A stretch of 60,862 nt of DNA, the filler included, from Circinaria calcarea (lineage: Eukaryota): the NCBI GenBank assembly GCA_051942165.1. It is 10 parts of 10 records of this genome, joined end to end, with 100 filler letters (N's around TTAATTAATTAA, not from the genome) between each part and the next. Parts side by side here need not be neighbours in the genome. Positions count along the whole stretch, not along the records: positions 36,590 to 42,585 come from JAVECS010001716.1; positions 42,686 to 48,681 come from JAVECS010001717.1; 8 more parts are not named here. One strand, 5' to 3'. Position numbers and translations under genes: made by a program. Each line of letters opens with the position of its first letter. The stretch's first letter is position 1. A model generated the notes under the pieces. The model was not told where the DNA came from and did no database searches. It worked only from the letters and a program-made list of their open reading frames with translations. This document shows, piece after piece, positions 36,590-48,249 of this stretch.

Positions 36590-37506
36590 GAGTGGCATGT
36601 CCGAGATCACGGAGTTTTTTGGGGACGAACGAGGACCTTAGAATCTTCCGGGGAAAGATCACGAGGAGTGTGATGTTTCGGAGAATCAACTGGAGTGCAT
36701 CACGATAGGTCATGGTATATCCAGGCCGTAGGCTCTGCATACCTTCCGAATATGGGAATTTCATGCCAAAACCAGCGGCTGTTAGTACATGTAGTGCCAT
36801 GAGCTTGGTATCCCGGACCGTGTCCTTTGTTCCGGCATCTCCTAGCTGTACCCAAGACTGCAGCATATCTTGAGTCTGGCAAAGAGCCTCATTCCATACT
36901 GAACGACTGGTTCGTTCGTTGAAAGAAGGGGCCGTGAGCTTTCGGTGCCGCTGCCAGGTATCACCCTCGACCTGGATCACCTAATCAGTAGATTTGATAG
37001 GAAAACCGGAGCAGTAGAAAGTCTATACCGTATTCACGGATGGTCCGAAAATGTTCATCTGCTCTGCTCCAGCCGGGTTACACGATGCTACGAGGTAGAT
37101 GAACGCAGAACGTACCATACATCATGGCCGGCTTGATATACTCCTTTCTCCGGCCCAGTATCATGTTTACGGCATCAGGGTCCGCCACCATCAGCTCAAC
37201 GTTGCGCGGGCTGACAAGCAGAAAGGCATCGCCCAGCTCCTTGTGAAGGGCATACTTTTCGTCAAACTGCCAGCCTATGTAGTTGCACCTGGCCCATTTT
37301 GCTAGGTTAAACGGCAGCGATTTGAGAACGGGTAGAATCGGTGTGCAACGATGGAGAAGTATCCAAAAGGGGTTCAAAGAGAAGATGGGGCTGATAAGAA
37401 TAGGCAGACCGATCTGGCGGGCAGACTGGTAGTTGGCAAACAGAGAGATGACATTCCACAGTAACCACGCCGCCAGAGCACTACCGAGGAGGAAGAGCCA
37501 GGCCAT
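36590..37506 (-). CDS. Cytochrome P450, 5' portion (2 introns; truncated before the heme motif)
   Basis: N-terminal membrane anchor, ARQIGLP, GDAFLLVSP..VADPDAV, IFGPSVNT-VEGDTWQRHRKLTAPSFNE (C-helix WxxxR), ALHVLTAAGFG. Confidence 0.85.
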
Positions 37507-38345
37507 ACTTTATCGAATCCGTAGACCGATTGTTATTTCTTTGATAGCTGATCAGCGGTCGGAGTCATGGAACAGAAACATTAACAGAGGCTGATTTGTC
37601 ATGTGAAACCGTCAGAGTGCACAAACCATCGCTAAGCTTCGAGGCCCACAAGAATACTGGTACTTTGCTGCTCCCCGCGATGATCATACATCAGACAGAC
37701 TACAATAAGTAGGAGGGGCCCAAATCCCCCACGCCGGGGATCCTCACAAATAATCCTGTGGGATTCTTCGCCGCCGCGATGAAGATGCTTACTGTACTTA
37801 GATGGACAATGTCGCTGGCGCGGATAACAACGGGCCAAAAGATGCCGTCGCTTATAATTATGGTACTGTGTACGGATGACGGATTGGCTTACCGGGCAGA
37901 CTGCGTGATTTTAAGTTCGGGTAAGTCGGGCGAAGCTACGAGTAAGGGAGCCTCCGACGCCTCCGGATGATTGGCTCGTCAAAAGCTTAGGGCCCGTAAT
38001 AATGACTGACGCAAGTTCCCGGCCCCACTCATTGCGACTTGGGGACTCACTGGCAATGCAACAGCAGAAGTACTTTTCGTACTGTGGTACTCTTCGTACA
38101 GGGCGGTGCCTTGCTAAGGGCTTATCGGAATGGCCGAGGGCTGACATTTTGATGCTAATCCCCGCTTTATCCGCTGCACTGCCTGGGGAGGGGGAATGTA
38201 CTCCACAGTGAACTCCACAGTGAATATATGACCGCCGGCCCTGGCTCACCTCTACAGACGTTGGAGAAATTCTGGCTGGTAGAATAACACTGGTCGCTCA
38301 TCGAGCTTGTGTCGGACGGTTTCCTGCGTTGGGTTGATTGAAAAG

Positions 38346-39720
38346 ATGGCGTCGACAGCTGCAAAGATTAGCCCGACCGCTTTCAGAGTCAGTTACCTCC
38401 ACGCGCATTCCCGCAGATCCCCAAAGCTGATGGTTTGGTCAGGCTGCGATCGGGACTTTGCTGGCGGTGGCCCTCATCCTCGCCTCGGCGCGCACGTATA
38501 TTCGATACCGAAGGTTCCGCCGTCTGTTTGTCGACGATGCCTTCCTCTTTGCGGCCGTCGTTGGCCTCATCATAGGCACGATAATGACCTACGTCAACAT
38601 CCCGTTTATATACGTCCAGGTAAACGTCATGGCCGGGCTGCAAGCCCCGCCTGCAGACTTTGTGGAGCAGCTCGTCTTGGACCAGAAAACTCAAGCTGCC
38701 GCCACAGTCTTCCTCTGGGTCGCCATCTTTGGCGTCAAGTTCTCCTTCCTCGCCTGCTTTCGAAACTTAGTGAGGCGGTTGAGGAAGATGACAATATGGT
38801 GGTGGTGTGTGCTTGCGGTCCTGATACCGGCAGCCATCATTTGCATGTGCGGATTCTTTATTGCCTGTTCCACCTTTGGTCCAGGCGTGTTGCGTGAGCA
38901 TCAGATGGTTCCTCTGTGATGGAGTCTTGGCTAATCAGTTCTTCCCTTGTCGACAGAGGCGTGCGTCACGTCTGGAGCTCTAAAAAGACAAAATGCTGCG
39001 GTGGAATTGACGACAGTTCTAGACATTTTGACTGATGCCATGCGTGAGTGCATCTCTGAATTACCTTTGAACCGTCTAACCTTACGCAGTCATATCCATA
39101 CCCGTTGTCCTCCTTTGGCGTGTACGGATTCCCCTCCGTCAAAAGCTCGCGTTGGCTTCTGTACTATGTCTCAGCATAGTCCTGATAGTCATCAGTATCA
39201 TCAAAGTTGCAGCAGTAAATACCATAGGGAAGCAAGTTGACACCACCTGGGGAATCTTTTGGCTTCAAGCCGAGGCCAGCATTGCGGTCATGGTGGTATC
39301 CTTGGCGGTTTTCCGGTCTCTCTTCGTTCCCGATACTTCCAGAGTCTCGGATGAGCCCAAAGGCAGCCCGATCACAACCCGAACACGCAACTCGTTCAAC
39401 AAGTTATGGAGGACAAGGAAGCCCCAAGACAGTCTGACTCAAGACAGTCTGCCCCAAGATGGTCTCCCGAGCGTGCCCTTGGCTACTTTTTCTGGCGCGA
39501 GGACCTCGATACGGGGTAACCAATCGGGCAGGAACAATTCCTCTGGTTCGGAGAATGGGATGGTACCCATGGAAGGACCAGGTATCAGGGTCACTCATCA
39601 TATATCCACAAGTCAAGTAAGACGAGTCACATCTCTTCCGTTGGTAGGTTCCGTGTATGCTAATCGATATAGGTACAAGCAATTGAAAAAGATAGACCTT
39701 CATATGAATCTTTTGTATAG
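38346..39720 (+). CDS. PTH11-like (rhodopsin-domain) integral membrane protein, multi-exon
   Basis: ARTYIRYRRFRRLFVDDAFL, WVAIFGVKFSFLACFRNLV, LDILTDAM-ISIPVVLLWRVRI, WGIFWLQAEASIAVMVVSL. Confidence 0.88.
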
Positions 39721-40723
39721 TTTGTTAGATATCACCGTCCTCGCACCCTGACGAGAACTTAACTCAACCTGATTCTAAGACATCTCCTGTCGTTGGGCCT
39801 CGTCCTCGAGTCAATTCTGACACCAAAGAACCCGATAGTATCCTGACTCCGAAGGAAATGTCATCATATACCACATTAACCATACGAGCGGCGACCTTTA
39901 AATCTCAACTGGAATAATCTTCGGCTCTGAAATCTCTCCAACATTCGCACCAAGCCCACCACAGAGGGGAAAGGGTGTTGAGGACGTCCGATGGAAGAGA
40001 GTGTCCGACATGCAAAACCATCACAAGGAAAAAATGCAGCCCCCCTCCTTTTGTACCCCGGGAAGCGTCAACTTGCTAAGCCGAAGACTCCATCCTCCTC
40101 TCTGATTGGGAAGTTGGAATGTATCGGTTTACCAATTATCGATCATCCGGGTACCACAATCGGCGGGGGATTTTTTTGGGGGTGAGGATCAGGACCCATT
40201 TGTTGAAAAGTGAAAAGTGTTCAATCTGCTACCACTTGCTGCTGCTTGCGGTCGTCATTGTATGTGTATGATTAGTAGTTCTAACTTGCTTGCTTACTTG
40301 CTTACTCACTACCCCCTTGCTGGCGATTATTTTTAAAAAAGCGAGAGAGAGAGAGAGAGAGAACCACCGAGTGCAAGCGAGGGAAGCGAGGGAAATGAGG
40401 GAAAACCCCCCCCCCCCCCCCCTTTTTTTCTCCCTTGAGGAATTCCTGAATTTCCTCGAGTGGAATGGCCTAGGGATAGGGATAGGATGGGGATAGGGAT
40501 AGAATAGAATAGGATGAATGAATAATTTCCCTAATTTCAGCTCTCTACTAATTTCACTCTCTACTACTCCGTAAAAGTTAGCTTAGTTAGCCTTAGCTCC
40601 ACATCCAAGACATGGGTATATTCATTCATTTCATCCATTTCAATTCATTCAAACCCATAACTTAATATAAAACCAATGCTAAACTAAAATCCATCACCAT
40701 CATGATACCATCATGATACCATC

Positions 40724-42585
40724 TTACATCTGAAAACACCCCTCCCTCACCCCCTGACAAACACTCTCTTCGATATCGTCCGGATCCTCAAAGGCCCAAA
40801 AGCTCTTGACGCCCTCGACGAAGCGTCGACTCATCGGGCCCACATCGGCCTCGTCGACGGCGGCAAAGCAGAGCCGGAAGAAGCGCCAGCCGTCCTGGCG
40901 GGCAATGTCCTCGGTCGGACTGAAAATCACGCCCGGGGCGACGAGGACGCGGTAGCGCTCTTCGGTGAGGTGGACCCAGAGCGCGTGGCTCAGTTTGTCG
41001 GGGCTGGTTTTGTGGTAGAGCGGATGGGTGGCGAGGTTGAGGCGGAGCCAGAGGAACATGCCGCCGAGGGGCCAGGCGAAATCGTACATCAGCGTCTTTT
41101 CCACCACGCTCCACTCCGTCGGCACGCTGTGGCGCCGGCCGGATTTGACCAGGTAACGGCCTTCCTCGAGGATGGAGCACATGGTCTGCATCCTGCGCTC
41201 GTAGTTCCCCCGGAGACCTTCGAGCCAGCGTACCCAGCCGGCAACCTGCCACCCGCTGCCGTCCTTGGCGCCGCCACGACCACCGTCGCTAGGGCTGTGA
41301 GGCCCCATGATGAGCTCCGCGATCATCGATTGCACGAAGCCCGAAGGTTGTTGTGTGGATGTTTCTGTGATGCGGAGAAGGCGTTCGCAGAGAGCGGGTT
41401 GGGCGGTAATCCAGCCGAGGCGACAACCGGGCGCGACCGTTTTGGAAAAGGTGTCGAGGCGGATGACCCGGCCTTCTGTATCGACGGAGAGGTAAGATGG
41501 AACGAGAGAGTCGAGGAAGGGGAAACCGGAAGACTTGGGAGTGTTGTAGTTGTGGAGACCTGGTTGGGCGTCTTGTGATGTGGGCTTTCCCCGGGCAGCG
41601 ATTGAGGAGGCGTTGGCGGACGGGTATTGAAGGTACCAGTATGGGTCGTCTTCAATGATGAGGATATCGTATTTGACGCAGAGGGCGTAGATATCTTTGC
41701 GGCGCTGGATGCCCAAGGTACCCGAAGTAGGATTTTGGCCGATTCTAAAATGTGGGTTAGCTTTAAATTGTCAGATGTCACAAGGGTTACTCACGTAACT
41801 GTATATATCAGATGCGGTCTCTTTCCCCGGCTTTCATCCCAGTTCTCCAATACATCTTCGAGTCCGCCTTTGCCATCGGCCAACATTCCTTCATCATCAA
41901 TGGCCACTGGTACAATGTTTAAACCTCGGGGTCTGGCAGTCTGAATAGCACCCATATAGGCAAATTGCTCCACTAATAGGCCCTCCCTGTCTCGGGTCCA
42001 GTCCTTCCCCTCAATCCAGGTGTTACTCAATGCATCGATAGCCTTGGAGAACCCATCCGTCGATCCACACGTCAGAATAATTTCCGGTCCGCCAGCGTAG
42101 GGACAATTAGGGTGTAAGTTTTCCCGAGTGAATTGGCGAAGAAAAGAGTATAGAGGAGGATAGCCTTGCGCGGTTCCATATTGAAGTGCTGATTTCAGGT
42201 CGATTTTGCGCAGCACATCTGGTGCACCCGACGTCTTTGGAACTACCACACGGGTGGCTGCTAGATCCTCGGAGACATGGCTGGAGGACAGCGAGTTAGC
42301 GGGAGGGTCGACCGGAACGTTGGGCGTTGGGGTGAAGCGCTGGGGGAGAGCTGCTGTAGCCTCGAGGGTGTCAAAGGGGAAGTGGTTATTGTTCGGGAGA
42401 CCTGTCGATAGGTTAGCCAATGGAGGCTGGAGAGTCCTGGATATATCCCACCGCCGGCAAGGTTCCCTATTCCAGGGATGGTAAAGTACTTGTAGAAATC
42501 CTTGATACTACTGGGTTTCCTGTTATTGAGAACGTTGGAATAATGATGGGAGATGTCGACGGGGGCTCTAGCGTTCGCTACTGGT
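40724..42585 (-). CDS. Aromatic amino acid / 2-aminoadipate aminotransferase, Aro8-like (class I/II PLP; 5' truncated)
   Basis: SALQYGTAQGYPPL, PHLIYTVT-IGQNPTSG, IIEDDPYWYLQY, RVIRLDTFSKTVAPGCRLGW (PLP lysine), GGMFLW, FFRLCFAA. Confidence 0.92.
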
Positions 42586-42685
42586 NNNNNNNNNNNNNNN
42601 NNNNNNNNNNNNNNNNNNNNNNNNNNNNNTTAATTAATTAANNNNNNNNNNNNNNNNNNNNNNNNNNNNNNNNNNNNNNNNNNNN

Positions 42686-42826
42686 TATGGTAACTACCAC
42701 TCTATGTGTATGGACTTCACTATGGAATTACATGGCAGAAGGCTCTGCCATATGTGCGTTCGGTGGATAGTTCAACCGCTCCGAATACTAGTTCCTCCAC
42801 GCAGTGTAGAACCCCTATTCTTGACA
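42686..42826 (-). repeat. 3' LTR (partial, 141 bp)
   Basis: Matches 48310-48450 with 2 mismatches; begins TGTCAAG on the minus strand. Confidence 0.95.
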
Positions 42827-42835
42827 CTCCCACTC
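42827..42835 (-). other. Polypurine tract
   Basis: Minus-strand GAGTGGGAG immediately before the 3' LTR. Confidence 0.8.
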
Positions 42836-42857
42836 GGGTGAAGCTTTCCACCAATAC

Positions 42858-45800
42858 TCATTCAACCATTTTGCATAGCCCAAGCTGATCACGGAATCGC
42901 TGTAAAGGTTCTTTGGTTAATGGCTTTGTCAACCCATCAGCTATCATGCTACCGGTATTGCAATAGCGGATTTGGATCTTCTTGAACTCCGCCAGTTCAC
43001 GAACGAAATGGGCGGCTATATCGATGTGCTTAGAACGATCATGGATTTGCGGATTGTCCACCAATTTCATGCATGCCTGGTTGTCTTCGTAGATCCTCAC
43101 AGTGTGGCGGTTGTGCAGGTATGCCAATCGATCGATGTCCCATAGTAATTGCCGGATCCATAAAGCTTGTTTCGATGCCTGTGCGAGTGCCATGTATTCT
43201 GCTTCCGCAGTAGATGTGGATACTGACTTCTGACGTCGGCTTACCCACGAGATTGCTCCTCCACCAATCATGACTGCATATCCGAGTACTGAGCGTCGGT
43301 CGTCTCGATCAGCGGCATGATCTGAATCGGCATAAACAGATATATGCTCTTGTTTACCAGGGGAACGCGTTGGTCCGTAGCGTAATCGTAGTGCTGCCGT
43401 AGACCGCAGATATCGAAGCACTTGTTTAACGGCCGTTTCGTGATGAGCTCCGGGAGCGCTCATATACTGACTAAGCTTCGAGAGTGCAAAGCAGATATCT
43501 GGGCGTGAGTATACCATTGCGAACATTATGCTTCCAACTCTTCTGCAATAGGCATTTCGATCGCCGGGTTCGTCGTCGACGGTTGTCTTGCGCATTAGGT
43601 CGTAGCCATTGATTGGAATACTCGTGGGTTTTGCCTTCTCATGCTCCATTGCGAATTCATGCAGGAACTTCTCGATGTATGCCGTTTGATCCAAATAGAC
43701 AGTGCGTTCGTTCCGTACGCGTGTGATTCGAATACCGAGAATGCGTTCAACTTTACCAAGCTCCTTGATCTTGAATATGGATCGGAGTCCTGCCTTGACG
43801 TTATCAATCACCGATTGCTTGCCTCGCGGCGCTAGAATTAGCAGGTCGTCAACATATACTCCGACAATAGCTCCGTCTGCTTCCCTATAGTAAACGCAGG
43901 GGTCGGCAGCTGTCCGTTTGAATCCGAGCTTAATGAGAGCCTTATCGCATTTCTGGTTCCATTCACGAGCTGATTGCTTAAGACCATAGAGGCTTTTGAG
44001 CAGTAATAACACTCTTCCTGATTTGACATGCAGCCCATCAGGTGCCTGCATATAGATCTTCTCTTTCAGATCCGATTCGGTGAACGCGTTATTGACATCA
44101 ACCTGTTCTGCTTCCATATCTTCGATTGCCATAAGTGCTAGCAATAAACGAAGGGAATCGATTCTCATTGTTGGTGCGAACGTTGCTGTGTAGTCTAGGC
44201 CGTATACCTGTGTAAAACCTCGGGCCACTAATCTTGCCTTGTATCGCTCGACGCTGCCATTCGGTGCATACTTTACCGTGAATACCCATTTGCTCGTAAC
44301 AGTATTGGCTTCTTTCGGCTTGCGTGTTTCCTCCCATGTTCCGTTAGCCATTAGTGCGTTGATTTCTGCCTGAACTGCTTCACGCCATGCAGCTCCGTGT
44401 ATTGGGTCATTGACTGCAGCATCGTAATTCTTTGGAATTGGGATTCGATTCTTGACGCCATGGATCTGTTGCTTATCTAGCATTGCGGCGAGTAGTGCAT
44501 ACGCGGCGTATAGCTTTAGCATCTTTGAGTGGCGTTCTTCGCTAGGTTCGTCCATGCTCTTCGATCTCGGTCGTTTCAGCGTTGATACCGGTGATGCTGT
44601 AGGCTGATTCTGCTGCGGAGCGGGGTCTTGATGCATGGCTTGATTTGCTGGCTTAGCCATTTGCTCTGGCAATTTTGGCAGATCATCAACAGTAGGCTTG
44701 GTGGGTAACGAATAGTCGCGGGCGTCTTCGCATCCGAGATCCTTTGCTGTTTTATTGATCACAACTGCCGTCATTCTCTTTGGAGCTGGTTTTGAGACTT
44801 TCGGAACTCCCGGGTCTGGACCTGGAAGTTCGCATGGCACTGTTGCGGTAGTGGATCCAATAATGCGAGATGATCTACGCACTTGCCGTACTCCCACTGA
44901 GTCCTTTGAAGGTGCTCCCACTGCCACTGATGACTCTAGATCAGGTCGCTCTTTCGGTTCCTTAGGCAGCTCTTTAAATTCTCCCACTGGGTCATTAGCC
45001 TCCTCAAGATGATGAGCCTTATAAACAGATGTGCCTGGAACCCATTCGTCAAAACGAACACAATTTGCATCGGATACAATAACCTTTCGTAGTTCCGGCA
45101 TGTAGATTTCGTATTGAGAAGTCGATTTGGTGTATCCTACGAAAACGCCGACCTGAGCCCTGGGGCCGAACTTTGAACCTTGCATGGCTTTATCAATGTG
45201 AACGAAGCATTTGCATCCCCATACGCGTAGATGATTAACACTTGGCTTTTGCCCAGTCCATGTTTCCTCAGGTGTGGAAGGTTCCTCGGGTCCATCCGCA
45301 GATTTCTTTATCATAGGGCCTGTTGCTGTTCGATTCGTTAAGTATGCCGCTGTTCGTACTGCATAAGCCCAGAAACTTAATGGTAATCCTGATTCGGTGA
45401 GCATAGCGCGAGCTAGTTGTTGAGAATTTTGAATTGCTCGTTCAGATCTCCCATTCTGGCTTGATGTATATGGTGCAGTGTATTCAGCTTGCACGCCATA
45501 GGACTTTGACCATGAATCAATCTTGCTTTTTAATTCCGGTGCGTTGTCCGATCTCACTGCCTTGATCTTCTTTGAAGTAGCCAGTTCGGCATCCAAGCGC
45601 CATTGGTGCAATGCTTCGGCGGCTTCTGACTTTCGCTTCAGTGGAATAGCGGTGACATAACCGGAATAGCTATCAATAACCTGAAGGAAGTATAGGTATC
45701 CTTCTCTAGATCGATGAAATGGCCCACTCGTGTCAATCGATACCAACGATAGCAGATCTTTCTTATGCGCGGAGATTTCATGGCTTCGATTTTTCTTCAA

Positions 45801-47945
45801 CTTCGATAAGGCACATACATCGCAGCAATCGTCGTTTTGGTGCTTTGTTTGGATGGCTTTCTTCAGGCTAGTTACTTCATGGATTTGGCGTAACTTCCGC
45901 GCACCCAGGTGTGCAAAGCGGCGGTGCCATAGCTGATACTCTCGTTTCGATTTATCTTGATCGAGCTTCTGCTGAAATAATCGGCTTGGGTCCAGGTTCG
46001 TAACTCCCACTGTTTCCACATCTTCCATATCTTCATCTAAGCTTGCTGATAGGCCTGTTTCTTGTACTGTTTTAGCCACGTAGGTAGCACGAAATAGGTT
46101 GCCGTTCGGCATCTTGATGCCTCGCATGATCACATTGCTGGGGTCGTCCTTTTGTATGATTGCCATTGATTTGTCGTCGAATTCGCCTTTGAATCCTTTT
46201 GAGCATAACTTCGTAGTTGATAGAAGGTTAACTCCTAAGCTAGGAACGTATAGGACATTCGGCAGCAGCGTCATTGAGGGCCTGAATATGGCGGCACCTC
46301 GTCCTAGAATAGGCAGTTCTCCACCTCCAACACGCACCTTTCGTCGACCTGTTTCATTTGGCTTCGGGTCGTAATCGAATAGGTCAAGCTGATCTGTCAT
46401 ATGGGATGATGCTCCTGAATCTGCAATCCAGTCATCTTGCCGCGTACGCTGATTGGAAGAAAACGCGGCGATCTCATTGATATCAGGGTTTTGACTCGAG
46501 CTTATTGAATGCAGCGTAATAGCATTTAGGCCATCAATGATCTCAAGGGCGTCATAGAAATCGTCTGGATCAAGGGTACTGCTATGGTCGTTATCGTTGT
46601 TGCTATCGCATTCTTCTGGCTCCGGTATAGCATCATGAAAATCGTCTGGATCAGCAGTTCCATTCTCATCGCTCTCTTCTCCTTCTATTTCGGGTATAGC
46701 ACTCCCTGCATCGAACGCTAATGCAATATGAGCTTCTTCGTCTGATTCGTCGCTTTCGTCTCTTGCGGCATATGCATCGCTGTCAGATTCCGAACTCTCA
46801 ATCTCCCCCTCTGAGTCTGCTGCGTATGCTCTATGCTTTCTCTTCTTTTCGAAACGAACTCTCTTTTCAGAGCTCTTGCCTTTGTGTTCTTTCTCTTTGC
46901 TGGCAGGGCTCTTGTAGCTCTTTCTACTCCGAGATCGTGAATTCGATACGGCGCGGCGAGCATCTTTCAAATGTGGGCAATTGGCCACGGTATGCCTATC
47001 ATCACAGATATAGCATTGCAGTGCTTCGTTTCGGCTTGATGATCGCTTCCTTCTGGGCGGCGAGCCTGAATCGGAGGAGGATGATGATGTTGATTTTCGA
47101 CGAGAGAATCTTGGTTTACGACTATGTTTTGACGCGCTTCTGTCCTTCTTACCACGCGATTTTGAGTGTGACCAGTGTGCTGATTCTGGAAGAAGTTCCG
47201 CCTCTTTCTCTTGCAACTGGGCTAACTTGTCCCTCACTTTCGTGCCGGTTTGAATGCGTTGCACATCGCGGATGGCCGTGTATTCAGGCGGCAGAGCAGC
47301 AAGTAATCGTTTATAAATCTCTTCTTCTTCTCTGAACTTTGCCATAGCTGGGTTGTTGATAACGAATTTGCGAGCAAGGCTTTTCAATCTGCTCCATGCC
47401 TGTTCAATGGTTTCGTCGTTCTGAAGTTCATAATTGAAGAAATCCTTGATTTGCTGTTCGCTCACGGAAGGTCTCTTGTCTTCATACTTTTCTTTTAGCT
47501 TTGTTATGGCTTCGATAACAGACCTGACACCCTTCAAATCATCTCTGTCATCCTGCTCAATGCTATTGACGATGCCATGCATAACCCTCGCATTCGCACG
47601 CTTCAGCTTACTCGTATTGCTTGCATCGTTCCTCTTAGCTTTTGACTCTTCATCATCGGCGTATGTCCAATCCAGATTGTGCCCAATCGTTACGAATTCC
47701 AAATCCTCGAACCATGCCTCGTGATTTTCAAATGCCAGCTTAACTCCAGCATTAATGCGAATGTCCCCCCTAAGCGTTTCCTCTTTCTCTTCCGCCATGG
47801 TGCTTAATGCTGGCGTTGATGGTGGTGTAGCGGAGCGTGGTGTGGATGACTCTGTATCCAGTCCGTTAAATATTCTTTGAAAGCCTCGAGAGTCTAATGT
47901 GAAAGGATTCGGATTCACTAATGATTGCCGTGAATTATCCTGCAT
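42858..47945 (-). CDS. Copia Gag-Pol polyprotein (1695 aa)
   Basis: Zn knuckle CYICDDRHTVANC; protease WIADSGASSHMT; HHCC LWHRRFAH...CDVC; integrase D..RSDN..SE; RT YKARLVARGF, LYGLKQS, YVDDLL; RNase H YADSD, AEY, EDNQ, ADGLTK. No stops or frameshifts. Confidence 0.97.
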   Translation of the reverse strand: MQDNSRQSLVNPNPFTLDSRGFQRIFNGLDTESSTPRSATPPSTPALSTMAEEKEETLRGDIRINAGVKLAFENHEAWFEDLEFVTIGHNLDWTYADDEESKAKRNDASNTSKLKRANARVMHGIVNSIEQDDRDDLKGVRSVIEAITKLKEKYEDKRPSVSEQQIKDFFNYELQNDETIEQAWSRLKSLARKFVINNPAMAKFREEEEIYKRLLAALPPEYTAIRDVQRIQTGTKVRDKLAQLQEKEAELLPESAHWSHSKSRGKKDRSASKHSRKPRFSRRKSTSSSSSDSGSPPRRKRSSSRNEALQCYICDDRHTVANCPHLKDARRAVSNSRSRSRKSYKSPASKEKEHKGKSSEKRVRFEKKRKHRAYAADSEGEIESSESDSDAYAARDESDESDEEAHIALAFDAGSAIPEIEGEESDENGTADPDDFHDAIPEPEECDSNNDNDHSSTLDPDDFYDALEIIDGLNAITLHSISSSQNPDINEIAAFSSNQRTRQDDWIADSGASSHMTDQLDLFDYDPKPNETGRRKVRVGGGELPILGRGAAIFRPSMTLLPNVLYVPSLGVNLLSTTKLCSKGFKGEFDDKSMAIIQKDDPSNVIMRGIKMPNGNLFRATYVAKTVQETGLSASLDEDMEDVETVGVTNLDPSRLFQQKLDQDKSKREYQLWHRRFAHLGARKLRQIHEVTSLKKAIQTKHQNDDCCDVCALSKLKKNRSHEISAHKKDLLSLVSIDTSGPFHRSREGYLYFLQVIDSYSGYVTAIPLKRKSEAAEALHQWRLDAELATSKKIKAVRSDNAPELKSKIDSWSKSYGVQAEYTAPYTSSQNGRSERAIQNSQQLARAMLTESGLPLSFWAYAVRTAAYLTNRTATGPMIKKSADGPEEPSTPEETWTGQKPSVNHLRVWGCKCFVHIDKAMQGSKFGPRAQVGVFVGYTKSTSQYEIYMPELRKVIVSDANCVRFDEWVPGTSVYKAHHLEEANDPVGEFKELPKEPKERPDLESSVAVGAPSKDSVGVRQVRRSSRIIGSTTATVPCELPGPDPGVPKVSKPAPKRMTAVVINKTAKDLGCEDARDYSLPTKPTVDDLPKLPEQMAKPANQAMHQDPAPQQNQPTASPVSTLKRPRSKSMDEPSEERHSKMLKLYAAYALLAAMLDKQQIHGVKNRIPIPKNYDAAVNDPIHGAAWREAVQAEINALMANGTWEETRKPKEANTVTSKWVFTVKYAPNGSVERYKARLVARGFTQVYGLDYTATFAPTMRIDSLRLLLALMAIEDMEAEQVDVNNAFTESDLKEKIYMQAPDGLHVKSGRVLLLLKSLYGLKQSAREWNQKCDKALIKLGFKRTAADPCVYYREADGAIVGVYVDDLLILAPRGKQSVIDNVKAGLRSIFKIKELGKVERILGIRITRVRNERTVYLDQTAYIEKFLHEFAMEHEKAKPTSIPINGYDLMRKTTVDDEPGDRNAYCRRVGSIMFAMVYSRPDICFALSKLSQYMSAPGAHHETAVKQVLRYLRSTAALRLRYGPTRSPGKQEHISVYADSDHAADRDDRRSVLGYAVMIGGGAISWVSRRQKSVSTSTAEAEYMALAQASKQALWIRQLLWDIDRLAYLHNRHTVRIYEDNQACMKLVDNPQIHDRSKHIDIAAHFVRELAEFKKIQIRYCNTGSMIADGLTKPLTKEPLQRFRDQLGLCKMVE

Positions 47946-48249
47946 TGGCGGGTGTTGATGTGATGAATGTAGGCTTCCTTAGCCTCTTCTGTCCTGGGAG
48001 ACAGGCTGACTGTTGACCTTTAGGTAGTCACTACCTGGCGTTATACTCGTCTTGCCTCGAGTCTTCTACGGCTTTTCTGTAGGTGCTAGTCTTTCGCTCT
48101 TACTAGGCAGCGTGGGCGGTTTGTCGCTCTCACCGGTAACGTGTTGACTTTTGTCCCGTAGGCAGTCACTACCTGCTGGTTTTTCGCTCTTACCAGGCAA
48201 CGTATGTCTCGTTAGTAGACGTAGTTCCAGTGGCTAAGCAGCGCGCTAT

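Noticed and set aside
36241..37506. SDR plus P450 as one convergent cluster
   Set aside because: Separated by an artificial linker, so they are on different contigs.
40470..40515. GGGATA/GAATA repeats as a telomere seed
   Set aside because: Short, irregular, internal and not TTAGGG; ordinary low-complexity DNA.
42706..42888. Duplicated small ORF MYGLHYGITWQKALPYV (also at 48461-48661)
   Set aside because: Translation of LTR sequence; duplicated only because the LTR is.
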